This document shows positions 17,091 through 27,800 of a stretch of DNA of 52,355 bases, one piece after another; within the stretch, counting starts at the first letter, position 1, and the number at the start of each line of letters is the position of its first letter. The translations under genes and the position numbers were made by a program. Source of the stretch: an uncultured Saprospirales bacterium (GTDB lineage Bacteria > Bacteroidota > Bacteroidia > Chitinophagales > CAJXBJ01); contig CAJXBJ010000003.1 in the NCBI GenBank assembly GCA_913050195.1, positions 1-52,355 on the forward strand, written 5' to 3'. The notes below the pieces were generated by a model that was not told the DNA's origin, searched no databases, and saw nothing but the letters and a program-made list of their open reading frames with translations.

Positions 17091-18188
17091 CTAATTTTTA
17101 ACAAAGGTCTTTTGCATACTTACAATCCCATTGTTTAATTCTAATATGTATTGCCCAATCGGAAGAGAATGTACATCAATTTCCTGGTTTTGCTCTAAAT
17201 ATCCTAATCCCATTAATGCACCATTATATGCATATATATTATATGAAATAAGTTGCCCTGATAATTCTCTCAAATCTAATTTAAGAATACTTTCAGAGGG
17301 ATTCGGATAAAGGCTAAAGTTTGCTTCGATCTTTTTAATAGATGAAGATGAACTAGTGTCTTCATCTACGTTAAAGGTTATATCTTTTGCTATATCAGCA
17401 GAGTCAACCTCCATATACATAGCGATAAACTTTATATGGCTTTGGTTAGTCCACCATTGGTAACTAACATCTTTTTCTTCCATTAAAGGACTAGGCGAGC
17501 CAAAAAACATCTGAGAAATCGGTGCAGGCATTGGCTGCCATGCATTATTATAATATGCATAAAGTTTTTGTTGTGTTTTAGCAGTTACTTTAACACGCAA
17601 AGCATCATATGACCCACTTGGTATCTGAAGTGTTCCATGAGCATTTACGTTGAAGTTTTGCATGTAGGAAGCACTTATTTGTATAGAGTCAATAGATTGT
17701 ATTTGTCCACCAGTAAGCATTTGAACTGTCATAGGATCAATCATGTTGTTAAACATAGTAGTATCCATCATCACAATAGGCGTGGAGTTATGATTCATTC
17801 CATAGCTTAATGGAAGAGGTAATACTAACATTTTTTCAAAACCAGCATTGTCATCTCCCAAAACGGAAATTCCCGTGTTTAACTTTTCAATGTAGGTGTA
17901 ATCACCATCATCATCAATGCATAAATTTGCTGTTGGATAATCTGCAGCATCTGGAGTGCCAGAAGGATCTATAAAAACGGTTGTGTCTAACTCTTGCATT
18001 ACAAGACTAGAAAAATCCCAAATTATATTTGCTCCTGAATCCCCAGGAGTATTTATTGCTGGTATGGTATCTGTTGCTTCATGTATAACATCACCTATGT
18101 TCATAAGATGATTCACTGTAACAGAAATTTGAGACTGTGCATTATGCATGAATAGTATAGTAAATAAGGTTAATAGATGTTTTGTCAT
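17091..18188 (-). CDS. Secreted protein of unknown function with a type-A T9SS C-terminal sorting domain
   Basis: Signal peptide MTKHLLTLFTILFMHNAQSQ. The C-terminus reads FSLYPNPSESILKLDL..GQYILELNNG..KTFVKN (Por_Secre_tail-like). Confidence 0.75.
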   Translation of the reverse strand: MTKHLLTLFTILFMHNAQSQISVTVNHLMNIGDVIHEATDTIPAINTPGDSGANIIWDFSSLVMQELDTTVFIDPSGTPDAADYPTANLCIDDDGDYTYIEKLNTGISVLGDDNAGFEKMLVLPLPLSYGMNHNSTPIVMMDTTMFNNMIDPMTVQMLTGGQIQSIDSIQISASYMQNFNVNAHGTLQIPSGSYDALRVKVTAKTQQKLYAYYNNAWQPMPAPISQMFFGSPSPLMEEKDVSYQWWTNQSHIKFIAMYMEVDSADIAKDITFNVDEDTSSSSSIKKIEANFSLYPNPSESILKLDLRELSGQLISYNIYAYNGALMGLGYLEQNQEIDVHSLPIGQYILELNNGIVSMQKTFVKN

Positions 18189-18200
18189 AACGTTTTTATT

Positions 18201-18902
18201 TTAATCATAAATTTCAAAATGTATATAATTCCGATTATAGTTATTCTCTTGTAGCCAAGAGCGAGCATCCATAATCATTTGCTTAAATCCGCATAAATAG
18301 AAATGAGCATTTTGCCTATTTCTGTATAAATCACGATAAATACTATGAACATAACCCTGAAAACCATTAAAGTTTTCTCTTGAGAGTGCTACATGATATT
18401 CTAAACTCTCTTGCTTTTTTGCCATAGCTTTAAATTCATCATGATAAAGTAAATTCTCTTTTTTCTTAGAGCCAAAGATTAGGTGAATTTTTTTGTGTGG
18501 AATTTTCTTTTCATAAATATAATTAAGCATTGATCTAAAAGGGGCAACTCCAGTGCCTGTGCTTATCATGACTAAATCGCGGTCAATTATTTCAGGAAGA
18601 ATAAATTTTCCCACCGGACCTAAGATTGGAAACTCCGTTCCAATTTTGGCTTTTTCAAAAAGAAAGCTTGTGCCAAGGCCACCCTCTACTTTATTGATGA
18701 TAAACTTGAGCTTATTTTCAAAAGGGGAGGAAGCAATAGAGTAATGCCTTAATGCTTTTTTGGGGTTTTCGTGAATTGGTAATTGAAAGCTTACAAATTG
18801 TCCTGGATTAAATTCAAATTGTTTTACACCCAACAATTCAATAATAAATTGATTAGTATCAAACGTTTCTTTTTTAATATCTACAATTCTACCCGTATAC
18901 AT
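18201..18902 (-). CDS. Ferredoxin-NADP(+) reductase-like FAD/NAD(P)-binding oxidoreductase
   Basis: RHYSIAS (the RxYS FAD motif), GGLGTSFL and ISTGTGVAPFRS (NAD(P)-binding) blocks; 233 aa. Confidence 0.8.
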   Translation of the reverse strand: MYTGRIVDIKKETFDTNQFIIELLGVKQFEFNPGQFVSFQLPIHENPKKALRHYSIASSPFENKLKFIINKVEGGLGTSFLFEKAKIGTEFPILGPVGKFILPEIIDRDLVMISTGTGVAPFRSMLNYIYEKKIPHKKIHLIFGSKKKENLLYHDEFKAMAKKQESLEYHVALSRENFNGFQGYVHSIYRDLYRNRQNAHFYLCGFKQMIMDARSWLQENNYNRNYIHFEIYD

Positions 18903-18917
18903 ATCTAGAATAAAGCT

Positions 18918-20006
18918 TTAGTAAGATACAAATTTTTCAAAGGTATTGTCGTATAGATCAATCTGATTAGTCCAATCATATTCTAGAATAGAATTTTTTG
19001 TTGAATTCGCTATAGTTCGTGGATTTAAAATAAAGTCTCTACATAATTCAAATAGCTCATCATCAGTCTCATAGAGTACGGCATGATTAGAAAATAATTC
19101 AGGATAGCTTAGGCGTTTTGGTAGAAAAGCATAAACGTCACAATGTATAGCTTCAGCAATACTAATACCAAAGAAATCTTGATTGGAACAAACGGGTAGT
19201 ATGTGACAGCTATGTATCAGCTCTGCGTAAGTTTTAAAGTTTTTAGCAAAACCTAAATGAACTATCTTGTTATTTATTTTTTCATAAAGTACTGTAAAAA
19301 CTTCTTTCCCCGCTTTAAATTCTTCACCAACTATTATAACTTCGAAGTCTAAGTTTTCAGCTTCTAAGTTTAAACAGAGCTTTACAAAAGCTTCTGGGTT
19401 TTTATCTGATTCCCAACGATGATTCCATAATAGTCTTGTTTTTTTTGCTTTTCCTTTTTTGAAATTATCAAGCTTCTTTAAGTCTAAACCCAAAGGCAGT
19501 ACTGCTGATTTTTCAGTAATTGATTTAAGACTATACATATTCCTGTGATCTGGAAAGGCCTTTAAAAAAATAGGTAAGCTTTTTAAAAAACTTTCCATAT
19601 TGAACTTTGAATTGAATAAGCAGTAGTTTGAACATAGTGCTGAAGTATAGTTTATAAAGGCATAATGATTTTCTCTTTTAAATAAGGCATCTGTATCTTT
19701 TGGACTTTTAGGATAGACCAATTGATTTTCGTGAAAGTACAATAGGATTGGTATGTTTCTCCAATTTTCTGGAAGTAAAGCTTTCAATAGAGCAACATTA
19801 CACATGTCCGAAGCAATAATAAGGTCAGGGCTATTTTTATTATTAATTTGCTGTATTAGTGTAATTACGCCTGCCTCCATTCGCCATTTCCAATACTTTC
19901 CTTTTAAGGTATATAAATCAATATTATGCCTTGAATTATTTTTTAAACCATCAAGCCAAGTTTTGTGTGATCCGGTATAGTAGGTTTCAAAAGCAGCTAT
20001 TTCCAT
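18918..20006 (-). CDS. DUF3524 glycosyltransferase, orthologue of eukaryotic GTDC1 / QTMAN (tRNA-queuosine alpha-mannosyltransferase)
   Basis: The blocks YYTGSHKTW, LLYFHENQLVYP, LFNSKFNMESFL, FPDHR, LWNHRWESDKNPEAF and FFGISIAEAIHC..YPELF match blocks I recall in human GTDC1. This needs confirmation by alignment. Confidence 0.75.
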   Translation of the reverse strand: MEIAAFETYYTGSHKTWLDGLKNNSRHNIDLYTLKGKYWKWRMEAGVITLIQQINNKNSPDLIIASDMCNVALLKALLPENWRNIPILLYFHENQLVYPKSPKDTDALFKRENHYAFINYTSALCSNYCLFNSKFNMESFLKSLPIFLKAFPDHRNMYSLKSITEKSAVLPLGLDLKKLDNFKKGKAKKTRLLWNHRWESDKNPEAFVKLCLNLEAENLDFEVIIVGEEFKAGKEVFTVLYEKINNKIVHLGFAKNFKTYAELIHSCHILPVCSNQDFFGISIAEAIHCDVYAFLPKRLSYPELFSNHAVLYETDDELFELCRDFILNPRTIANSTKNSILEYDWTNQIDLYDNTFEKFVSY

Positions 20007-20072
20007 TCCTTTAAGATAATTTTTTTAAAGAAAAATAGTCCGTATATTTTAGGTGCATTAAAATATATCTCT

Positions 20073-20795
20073 ATGAGAAATTGGATTTTAGTCATTGTAG
20101 TATTTATAAGTTCATCGCTTTTTGTTAATGCTCAATCTTTTGGAGTATCTATGAGCTATTTCTATCCCAAAAATGGCTATTTCGCAAGCCCAATAGCACC
20201 ATTATCATTTCACGACTTAGGTGTTGGTTTTGGGGATTATCTTTCATTGGCATTCTCTATGTCACTGTATAATGTTGGCGGCATGTCCATGGGAGGAGAA
20301 CTGCCATTAGGTGGAATTCCACTTTCATTAAGTGATGATAATACTCCTCTAATTGGGCCATTTTTATCTCTTGCTATAGGTGTATATCCAATCATTAAAT
20401 TACCTCTTTCTAAAGACAAATTAGAGTTAGAGTTAAAAGGCGGGTGGCTTGGATTTAAAAATTTCAACCCTAAGCTAATGAAGGGCAACATGAATGAATT
20501 GATTTCAGATCATCAAAGTGTCACTGTTACGAGTTCAGAAATAGAATTTGATAATAAATTTGGTTCTGGATGGAGCTTTGGTGGCGATATTATATTTTTT
20601 GTTACAGAAACCTTAGGTATTAAAATAGGTGGTAAATATTTACTCGCAGAGTTGGACCTTAATTTAAGAGGGAGTTATACCTCAATAGATCCACTAACCA
20701 ATAATTTAATGCAGGTTAATATAGATGCTCCAGATGCTTACTTAGATTATCAAGGGCTTTCAGTTAATTTTGGTGTGATAATTAAAAACAAATAA
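20073..20795 (+). CDS. Hypothetical secreted protein or outer-membrane beta-barrel-like protein
   Basis: Signal peptide MRNWILVIVVFISSSLFVNAQ, Gly-rich sequence with alternating hydrophobic pattern, no family recognised. Confidence 0.55.
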   Translation: MRNWILVIVVFISSSLFVNAQSFGVSMSYFYPKNGYFASPIAPLSFHDLGVGFGDYLSLAFSMSLYNVGGMSMGGELPLGGIPLSLSDDNTPLIGPFLSLAIGVYPIIKLPLSKDKLELELKGGWLGFKNFNPKLMKGNMNELISDHQSVTVTSSEIEFDNKFGSGWSFGGDIIFFVTETLGIKIGGKYLLAELDLNLRGSYTSIDPLTNNLMQVNIDAPDAYLDYQGLSVNFGVIIKNK

Positions 20796-20796
20796 A

Positions 20797-22389
20797 ATCT
20801 CAAAGACCTACGACTATATAATTGTTGGTTCGGGTTTCGGGGGGGCGGTTTCAGCGATGCGTTTAGCAGAGAAAGGCTATTCGGTGCTTGTGATAGAAAA
20901 AGGTAAGCGCTATAATAAAAATGATTTCCCTAAGTCGAATTGGCATCTTAGAAAGCATTTTTGGGCACCACTGCTACGTTGCTTTGGTATTTTTAAGATG
21001 ACTTTTTTAAATGAAGTTCTTGTTGCAAGTGGAGTAGGTTTTGGTGGAGGTAGTTTGGTATACGCGAATACACATCTTGTTCCTCCCGATCAATTTTTTA
21101 ATAACCCTATATGGTCGCACTTTAAAAATTGGAAAGATGTCCTTGTGCCTTTTTATGATAAAGCTAAGTTTATGTTAGGCTCAACGCCAAATCCTAGCTA
21201 TACTAGAAAAGATGAAGTACTTAAAGAAATAGCACAAGATTTAGGTAAAGAGGCGTCATTTTGTTCTGTTGATGTTGGTGTATACTTCGGAGATAAGGAC
21301 AAGGAAATAGATCCATATTTTAAGGGTCTTGGTCCCAAAAGGAAAGGATGTACAGAATGCTCAGGTTGTATTGTTGGTTGTCGTTATAATGCAAAAAATA
21401 GCTTGGATAAAAACTACTTATATTTTGCAGAAAAGTTTGGTGCTCAATTTGAAGTTGAAACGATGGTGGATAGAATAAATTTTGTGAATGGCGAATATGT
21501 TGTTCATACCCATAAATCTACCTCTATCTTTAAAAGTCGTAGAAAAATATTTAAATCGAAAGGTTTAGTTGTGTCTGGAGGTGTATTAGGGAGTCTTGAA
21601 TTGCTTTTTAAGCAGAAGTACAAGTATGCATCCTTAAGTAAATTGTCTGATACATTAGGATTTAACCTTCGTACTAACTCAGAAGCATTGTATGGTATTA
21701 CTAGCAGAGATGAAAAATTAAATGAAGGTATTTCATTAACAACTGGTTTTTACCCAGATGATAAAACACACGTAGAAGTGTGTACTTACCCAAATGGTTC
21801 AAATTCAATGAAGGCCTTTACTACCTTGGCGGCAGGTCCAGGTCCTGCTCCTATAAGAATATTGAAGCTATTATTTAATCTCATTACTAAACCTTTTGAT
21901 GTATTTAGATTAATCAGTTCTTCAAAGTGGGCTGAACGTTCCGTTGTTTTGGTTGTAATGCAGACTATGGATAATTCTATGAAAATGGTATATAAACGAC
22001 TTCCATGGAGACATTTAGGTTTAAAGAATGATAATAGAGTACCGGCCTTTATTCAATCTGGATATGATGTAATGAATCGTTTTGCAAAGAAGGTTAATGG
22101 TGTTCCTCAAATGGCATTTACAGAAGTTCTATTTAATATGAGTACAACAGCCCATATAATGGGTGGTGTGCCTATGGGGGATAGCCCTGATAATGGAGTA
22201 GTTGATGATAAGTTTAGAGTGTTTAACTATCCAAATATGTATGTCCTTGATGGATCTATATTACCTTGTAATTTAGGTGTTAATCCTAGTTTGACTATTA
22301 CTGCATTGTCAGAATATGCTATGTCACATATTAAAGAGAAAGAAGGCAATGAGCAAAAGTCCTTAGAAGAACTTATGGCTGAAATATAA
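20797..22389 (+). CDS. GMC-family FAD oxidoreductase (cholesterol-oxidase-like). The start codon is uncertain and non-canonical.
   Basis: The track calls 20857-22389. The same frame is open from 20782 and encodes ..KISKTYDYIIVGSGFGGAVSA before that ATG, which is the GxGxxG FAD fold. No ATG, GTG or TTG lies between 20782 and 20856. The ATC at 20797 is the best near-cognate candidate. The C-terminal GMC block reads VVDDKFRVFNYPNMYVLDGSILPCNLGVNPSLTITALSE. Confidence 0.8.
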   Translation: MSKTYDYIIVGSGFGGAVSAMRLAEKGYSVLVIEKGKRYNKNDFPKSNWHLRKHFWAPLLRCFGIFKMTFLNEVLVASGVGFGGGSLVYANTHLVPPDQFFNNPIWSHFKNWKDVLVPFYDKAKFMLGSTPNPSYTRKDEVLKEIAQDLGKEASFCSVDVGVYFGDKDKEIDPYFKGLGPKRKGCTECSGCIVGCRYNAKNSLDKNYLYFAEKFGAQFEVETMVDRINFVNGEYVVHTHKSTSIFKSRRKIFKSKGLVVSGGVLGSLELLFKQKYKYASLSKLSDTLGFNLRTNSEALYGITSRDEKLNEGISLTTGFYPDDKTHVEVCTYPNGSNSMKAFTTLAAGPGPAPIRILKLLFNLITKPFDVFRLISSSKWAERSVVLVVMQTMDNSMKMVYKRLPWRHLGLKNDNRVPAFIQSGYDVMNRFAKKVNGVPQMAFTEVLFNMSTTAHIMGGVPMGDSPDNGVVDDKFRVFNYPNMYVLDGSILPCNLGVNPSLTITALSEYAMSHIKEKEGNEQKSLEELMAEI

Positions 22390-22394
22390 TTCTA

Positions 22395-24707
22395 TTAATT
22401 AAATTGAATTTTTGTCCTTAACAATTCTCCATTTTGCTCAATACATATGATATAATGACCATTTGGTATTGATGCTTCTCTTTGAATTACAAAAGAATTT
22501 CCATTAACAATATATTGGTTTAATAATTTCCCGCTCAAGTCATATATTTTGACTTTACTAGTGTTATTTTTAAAAGATTCAGGAAGTTCAAATTTAATAA
22601 AGCTACTTGCCGGATTAGGGGATACTTTAAGCTGATTTTTTGATGCTATACTTGTAATATCCGTTACTACACCATTACAATCCTTTAAAAATATATCATC
22701 GATATACAAATTCCACATATCATCGGCATTATGCTGGAATCCAAGGTATATGGTTTTGTTGCCATAAGTATTAGCGTCAAGGTTAACACTTTGTTTTTTC
22801 CAAATTGTATCTCCTGCGGTAACATAGGAATTATCAATATAATCGGCAATGACATAACCTGCTGATAAAAAGTGATTTATTTGCCGCCCTACTTCTGAAG
22901 TATATACGGTATATCCATCCCTATAAATATCGCTACGCAATTTATGCATCCATTCTAAGTCAGCTCCATCTGCAGGTACTGAAATAGGTCCCAATATTAA
23001 CCAATTGTCTGCTTGTCCTGCTGGGTAATACCAAGATGTTGAAGCTAGGTAAGAATTGTAGCTTGACCCATCCCAATCCGTTTGCTCCCACCAATTTGAA
23101 GATTGTCCAACTGTTGTTAATGTTACACTTGAATTAGCGTCAGAAAAGGAGGTTTGTCCACTAATACCATTAAAGGTAAATTCTGAAAGTAAATCATCAT
23201 AACCCGTGTCTTGATCCCATACTTTTATAGTGTAATCCATGTTTAAAAGCATAGGCTCATCTGGGTGAGGCCATGAGGCAGTAAAAACATTATCAATAAC
23301 ACTTGAAGTCCAATCAGGAAGCGTACTACTCCCTTCAAACCATTCAATATACAAATCTGGATCATCTGCCCAACCACCATGGCCTCCAGTAACATTATCA
23401 ATAGTTACAGCTAAAACATATTGAGGTGTTATCAGACCATCATTATCAATTTTATCAATTTGAAAGTTAGATACGTTGGCTGGTTGTATAGAGTACGCAG
23501 GTACTGCATAGAACATTAATGTATCACATGGAGCGTCATCCACAAAGTATATTTGACTGGAAGTATTACTTCCAAAGCTATTAGTTGCTGTAAAATCAAT
23601 GGTGTAAGTACCTGAAGAACTAAATACAATATCGACATTTTGTGAGTTAGCATTCGTTCCATTAATAAAACTATAACTTGAAGGTGCAATACTCCAATTC
23701 CAACTTGTAGGGCTGTTTGTGGATAAGTCTGTGAAGCTAATTGTTGTATTTATCGTTGGATTAGCTGCACTTGAATTGAAAGAGGCTACAGGAGCAGCTC
23801 CGTTAGCTACAGTAATATATCCTGTTTTTGTTTCTGTGTTATTTCCATAGCTGTTGGTTGAGGTTAGAGTCACATTATAAGTGCCTGGATTACTGTAAGT
23901 AATTCCAGTTGGGTGTTGATCTGTAGAACTACTTGGACTGGCGCCGCTAAAAGTCCATGCCCATGATGTCGGACATTGAGAAGACTGATCCGTGAAATTA
24001 ATGCTTGTGCCAGGAGCTATAGTTGTATTTGATGTTGCAAAATCTGCAGTAGGACTAGTTGTTGCATTACAACTTCCACCAATAACGTCATCAAAATAAG
24101 ATAGGGTTGATCTTGAGGAAGAATACTTTGCATATACTCCACAATATTGACTTGATGAGTGGGTATTGTCTAATGCGCTTCCTTGCAAAGTAAAGTTTGT
24201 TCCACCAGCATTATCTGCATACAAGGTCCAATTTCCTAAATTATCTCGGCTTAATTTAACCCTGATATTAACTGGGTCCATATCAATTAGGCCATCAAGA
24301 CCATCAATAATCTCTATGTCCTGATAACCATCTTGTCTGTATAAAGATACTTCATCATCAGATCCTCCCATTTTAATATAGTAACCATTAAGAGAGCCTT
24401 CTAAATCACTATTGTCGGAAACGACATAATAGCGACCATGATTATTATTTGATGGATTAAACTCCATACGCAAATAAATCTCCCATTCTGAATTTGCCAT
24501 TGATGTTGAAGCGGTGCTTAGGTGGGCAATATCTGATGTTGCCGGAGCATTTAAATGTAATTCACCATTAATCACCTCAAAAGAAGAATTATCTCCAGAC
24601 CAAGAAGGGTTAGAAGTAAAGTTGCCATCTGAAAAGTCGTCATTGACTTGTGCATTAAGAATTAGACTGCCCATTAAAAGGCTTGCTGTAATTATCCATT
24701 TTTTCAT
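22395..24707 (-). CDS. Large T9SS cargo protein: N-terminal LamG/ConA-like domain, 2 PKD domains, a MAM/choice-of-anchor-J-like domain and a type-A CTD
   Basis: The ATG at 24707 gives the signal peptide MKKWIITASLLMGSLILNAQ; the track start 24725 adds 6 aa. The PKD blocks read PTADFATSNTT..GTYNVTLTSTN and PVASFNSS..GTYTIDFTATN. The C-terminus reads LKVSPNPASSFIKFEL... Confidence 0.8.
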   Translation of the reverse strand: MKKWIITASLLMGSLILNAQVNDDFSDGNFTSNPSWSGDNSSFEVINGELHLNAPATSDIAHLSTASTSMANSEWEIYLRMEFNPSNNNHGRYYVVSDNSDLEGSLNGYYIKMGGSDDEVSLYRQDGYQDIEIIDGLDGLIDMDPVNIRVKLSRDNLGNWTLYADNAGGTNFTLQGSALDNTHSSSQYCGVYAKYSSSRSTLSYFDDVIGGSCNATTSPTADFATSNTTIAPGTSINFTDQSSQCPTSWAWTFSGASPSSSTDQHPTGITYSNPGTYNVTLTSTNSYGNNTETKTGYITVANGAAPVASFNSSAANPTINTTISFTDLSTNSPTSWNWSIAPSSYSFINGTNANSQNVDIVFSSSGTYTIDFTATNSFGSNTSSQIYFVDDAPCDTLMFYAVPAYSIQPANVSNFQIDKIDNDGLITPQYVLAVTIDNVTGGHGGWADDPDLYIEWFEGSSTLPDWTSSVIDNVFTASWPHPDEPMLLNMDYTIKVWDQDTGYDDLLSEFTFNGISGQTSFSDANSSVTLTTVGQSSNWWEQTDWDGSSYNSYLASTSWYYPAGQADNWLILGPISVPADGADLEWMHKLRSDIYRDGYTVYTSEVGRQINHFLSAGYVIADYIDNSYVTAGDTIWKKQSVNLDANTYGNKTIYLGFQHNADDMWNLYIDDIFLKDCNGVVTDITSIASKNQLKVSPNPASSFIKFELPESFKNNTSKVKIYDLSGKLLNQYIVNGNSFVIQREASIPNGHYIICIEQNGELLRTKIQFN

Positions 24708-24848
24708 AATCTCAAAAGTACACATTAATTCTTATCTCTAAATAAAAGGTCTTCATCATTCTAAAAAAGGCCTTTGTCAGAATTGTCTAGTATTTCGCTA
24801 GGTTAAAAGATAGGTTTGCTCATCGCAAATTAAAATAAATCAAGAGTT

Positions 24849-27800
24849 ATGAATAGAATTTCGACAAATGTTAACAAAAAAATCCATTGGAGTAAGCGAG
24901 TAAATAATTTAATCCTTTTAGCAATGGTAACATTAGGAATGATGCTTTCTAATGAAGATATTAAAGCTCAAACAGCAAATCATTGTTTTGGAACACAGAT
25001 ATTTACAGCATCACAAGGTCAAATTAGTGATGGCAGTGGACCAAATATTTCTTATGGATTTAACTTGGATTGTAAGTTTTTAATAAAGCCAAGTAATGCC
25101 ATATCTGTAACATTATATCCTAAGGTATTTGATACTGAACTTAATTATGATAGGCTGAGAGTGTATGACGGAGAAACAATAAATGCACCTTTAATTGGAG
25201 AATATTCAGGTAATACAATTCCAAGTGCAATTAATGCAACACAAGGCAGTGTTTTGCTTCATTTTATTTCTGATAATGCAATAAGTTATGATGGATTTGC
25301 AATTGATTATACCTCAACACCAGGACCTTATTGTATAGGCACAAAAAGTATAACAGCAGCAACTGGAACCATTAATGATGGTAGTGACAATGGCGCTAAT
25401 TATGATGCTTACTCTAATTGTAAGTGGTTAATAGAGCCAGCTAATGCTAGCAGTATTGATTTGATATTTACACAGATGGATGTTGAGTCAGGTAATGATT
25501 TTGTAAAGGTATATGACGGTGATAATGTGAGTGCGCCAATGATTGCAATGCTTAGTGGTAATTCAATTATTGGAAATACAATTTCATCAACTGGAGGTAA
25601 AATGCTAGTGCAGTTTACATCTAACGCGAGTGTTAATATGGATGGTTGGGAAGCTGATTATACAGCAAAATTTACAAACAATAATGGAAATAATAACGCT
25701 GTGCCTTACTGTTCAGGTTTAACAACTTTAACCAATTCCAATGGTAGTTTTGATGATGGAAGTGGGTCAACAGATTATGCGTTAAACTCAAATTGTAAAT
25801 GGTTGATTCAGCCAGTAGGAGCACAGCATATTAGTTTGAATTTTACTGAATTTGATCTAGAACACAGTTATGATTTTGTAAACATATATAAAGGGAGTAG
25901 TACCTCGGACCCATTGATTGCTTCATATACTGGCAATACTATTCCTAGTCAAATTAATGAAAATACATCAGCTTTATTAGTCCACTTTATATCAGATAAT
26001 TTAAATAATGCATCTGGCTGGAAAGCAAACTATACAGCTCAAAACACACCTAATAATGGAGGTAATACTGGTAATAGTAATAGCGGTGGATCTAGTCCTA
26101 ACTTTTGTTCTGGACAGACAGTGTTTAGTTCGGCTAATGCAGTTTTTGATGATGGCAGTGGTAATAATACAAATTATCAAAACAATGCAAATTGTGAATG
26201 GTTGATTCAACCTGCAGGAGCATCTCAAGTTACTTTAGAGTTTAACTATATTCAATTAAAAGGTAATGACTTTGTATATATTCATGATGGCAATAGTTTT
26301 AATTCTCCTGTAATTGCGTCATTTAATGGTTATAATACATCATCTTTGCCTTTACCTGTTGTTTCAGGAGGAGAAATGCTTGTTCGCTTTGTGACCAATG
26401 GTTCACATACCGATTATGGTTTTGAAGCTGAATATACATCAAATAGTAGCTCTAATAATAGCGGAAATGCTAATGGTGCTTATTGTAATGCAATAACAAC
26501 CCTAACTGCAGCAAATGGGGTGTTTGAGGATGGTTCAGGTACGGATGATTATATGCCTAACACAGATTGCAAATGGTTAATTCAACCAAATAATGCTTCA
26601 AGTATAACACTAGACTTTAGTTGGTTAGAGCTCGAGAATGATTATGATTATATACGAGTTTATGATGGTAATAGTACCAATGATCCTTTATTAGCAGTTT
26701 ATACGGGAGTTATGACATCTACATTGCCATTGATATCAACGGGAGGCTCAATGTTAATTCACTTTGAATCTGATAATATTGAAAATTGGGATGGATTTGC
26801 AGCTAATTGGACATCTACACAAAATAATTCTGGAAATAATGGAGGTGGTGCAAATACGCCTTGTTCAGGCTTAGTTAACCTGTCATCTTCAAATGGTAGT
26901 TTTTCAGATGGTAGTGGTGCCAATAATTATGAGCCTAATGCTGACTGTAAATGGTTGATACAAGTATCCGGTGCAACCTCTATAGATCTGGACTTTAGTA
27001 GCTTTGATTTAGAGCAATCTTATGATTATGTCAAGGTGTATGATGGTACAGACGCTAATGCCAACTTACTTGCTTCTTTAACGGGCAACACTATTCCTGC
27101 AACCATAAGCTCAAGTGGCTCTTCATTATTTGTGCATTTTACTTCTGATAATCTAATAAATAAAGGTGGTTGGGAAGCCAATTACAATGCGAATGTAAAT
27201 AATGGAGGTGGGAATGGTCAATATTGTAGTGGTCAAATGACATTAACTTCGCCACAAGGAAGCATAGTTGATGGAAGTGCCTCAAGTAACTACGCGCCAA
27301 ATTCAGACTGCAAATGGTTAATTAGCCCTGCAAATGTTTATTCTATTACATTAAGTGCGAATCAAATTGATCTTGAGAATTCGTATGATTATATTAAGGT
27401 GTATGATGGGAATACAACAAATGCTCCCTTATTAGCATCATGGTCAGGAAACACTATTCCTTCAAATGTAACGTCTACTGGTGGGGAAATGCTTGTTCAC
27501 TTTACTTCAGATCATTTGATTAACAAATCTGGATTTGATTTGAGCTATTCAACAACATCTACACCGAACAATGGCATTGTTAATCATGGCTATTGCAATG
27601 ATATTACAAGCTATAATCTTCCTGTTGGAACTTTTCATGATGGTAGTGGAGTTGGTGCAGATTATTTGGATAGTACCCATTGTTATTGGTTAATACAGCC
27701 AAATCAGGCAGATACAATAGAGTTGACTTTTATCTCATATGATACTGAGGCTAACTATGACTTTATTAGAGTTTATGATGGTACTACTGTTAGCGCCCCT

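Noticed and set aside
16498-22389. A tRNA-adjacent genomic island or integrative element downstream of tRNA-fMet
   Set aside because: I saw no integrase, recombinase or excisionase, no direct repeat of the tRNA 3' end further downstream, and no mobility genes. The gene content looks chromosomal.
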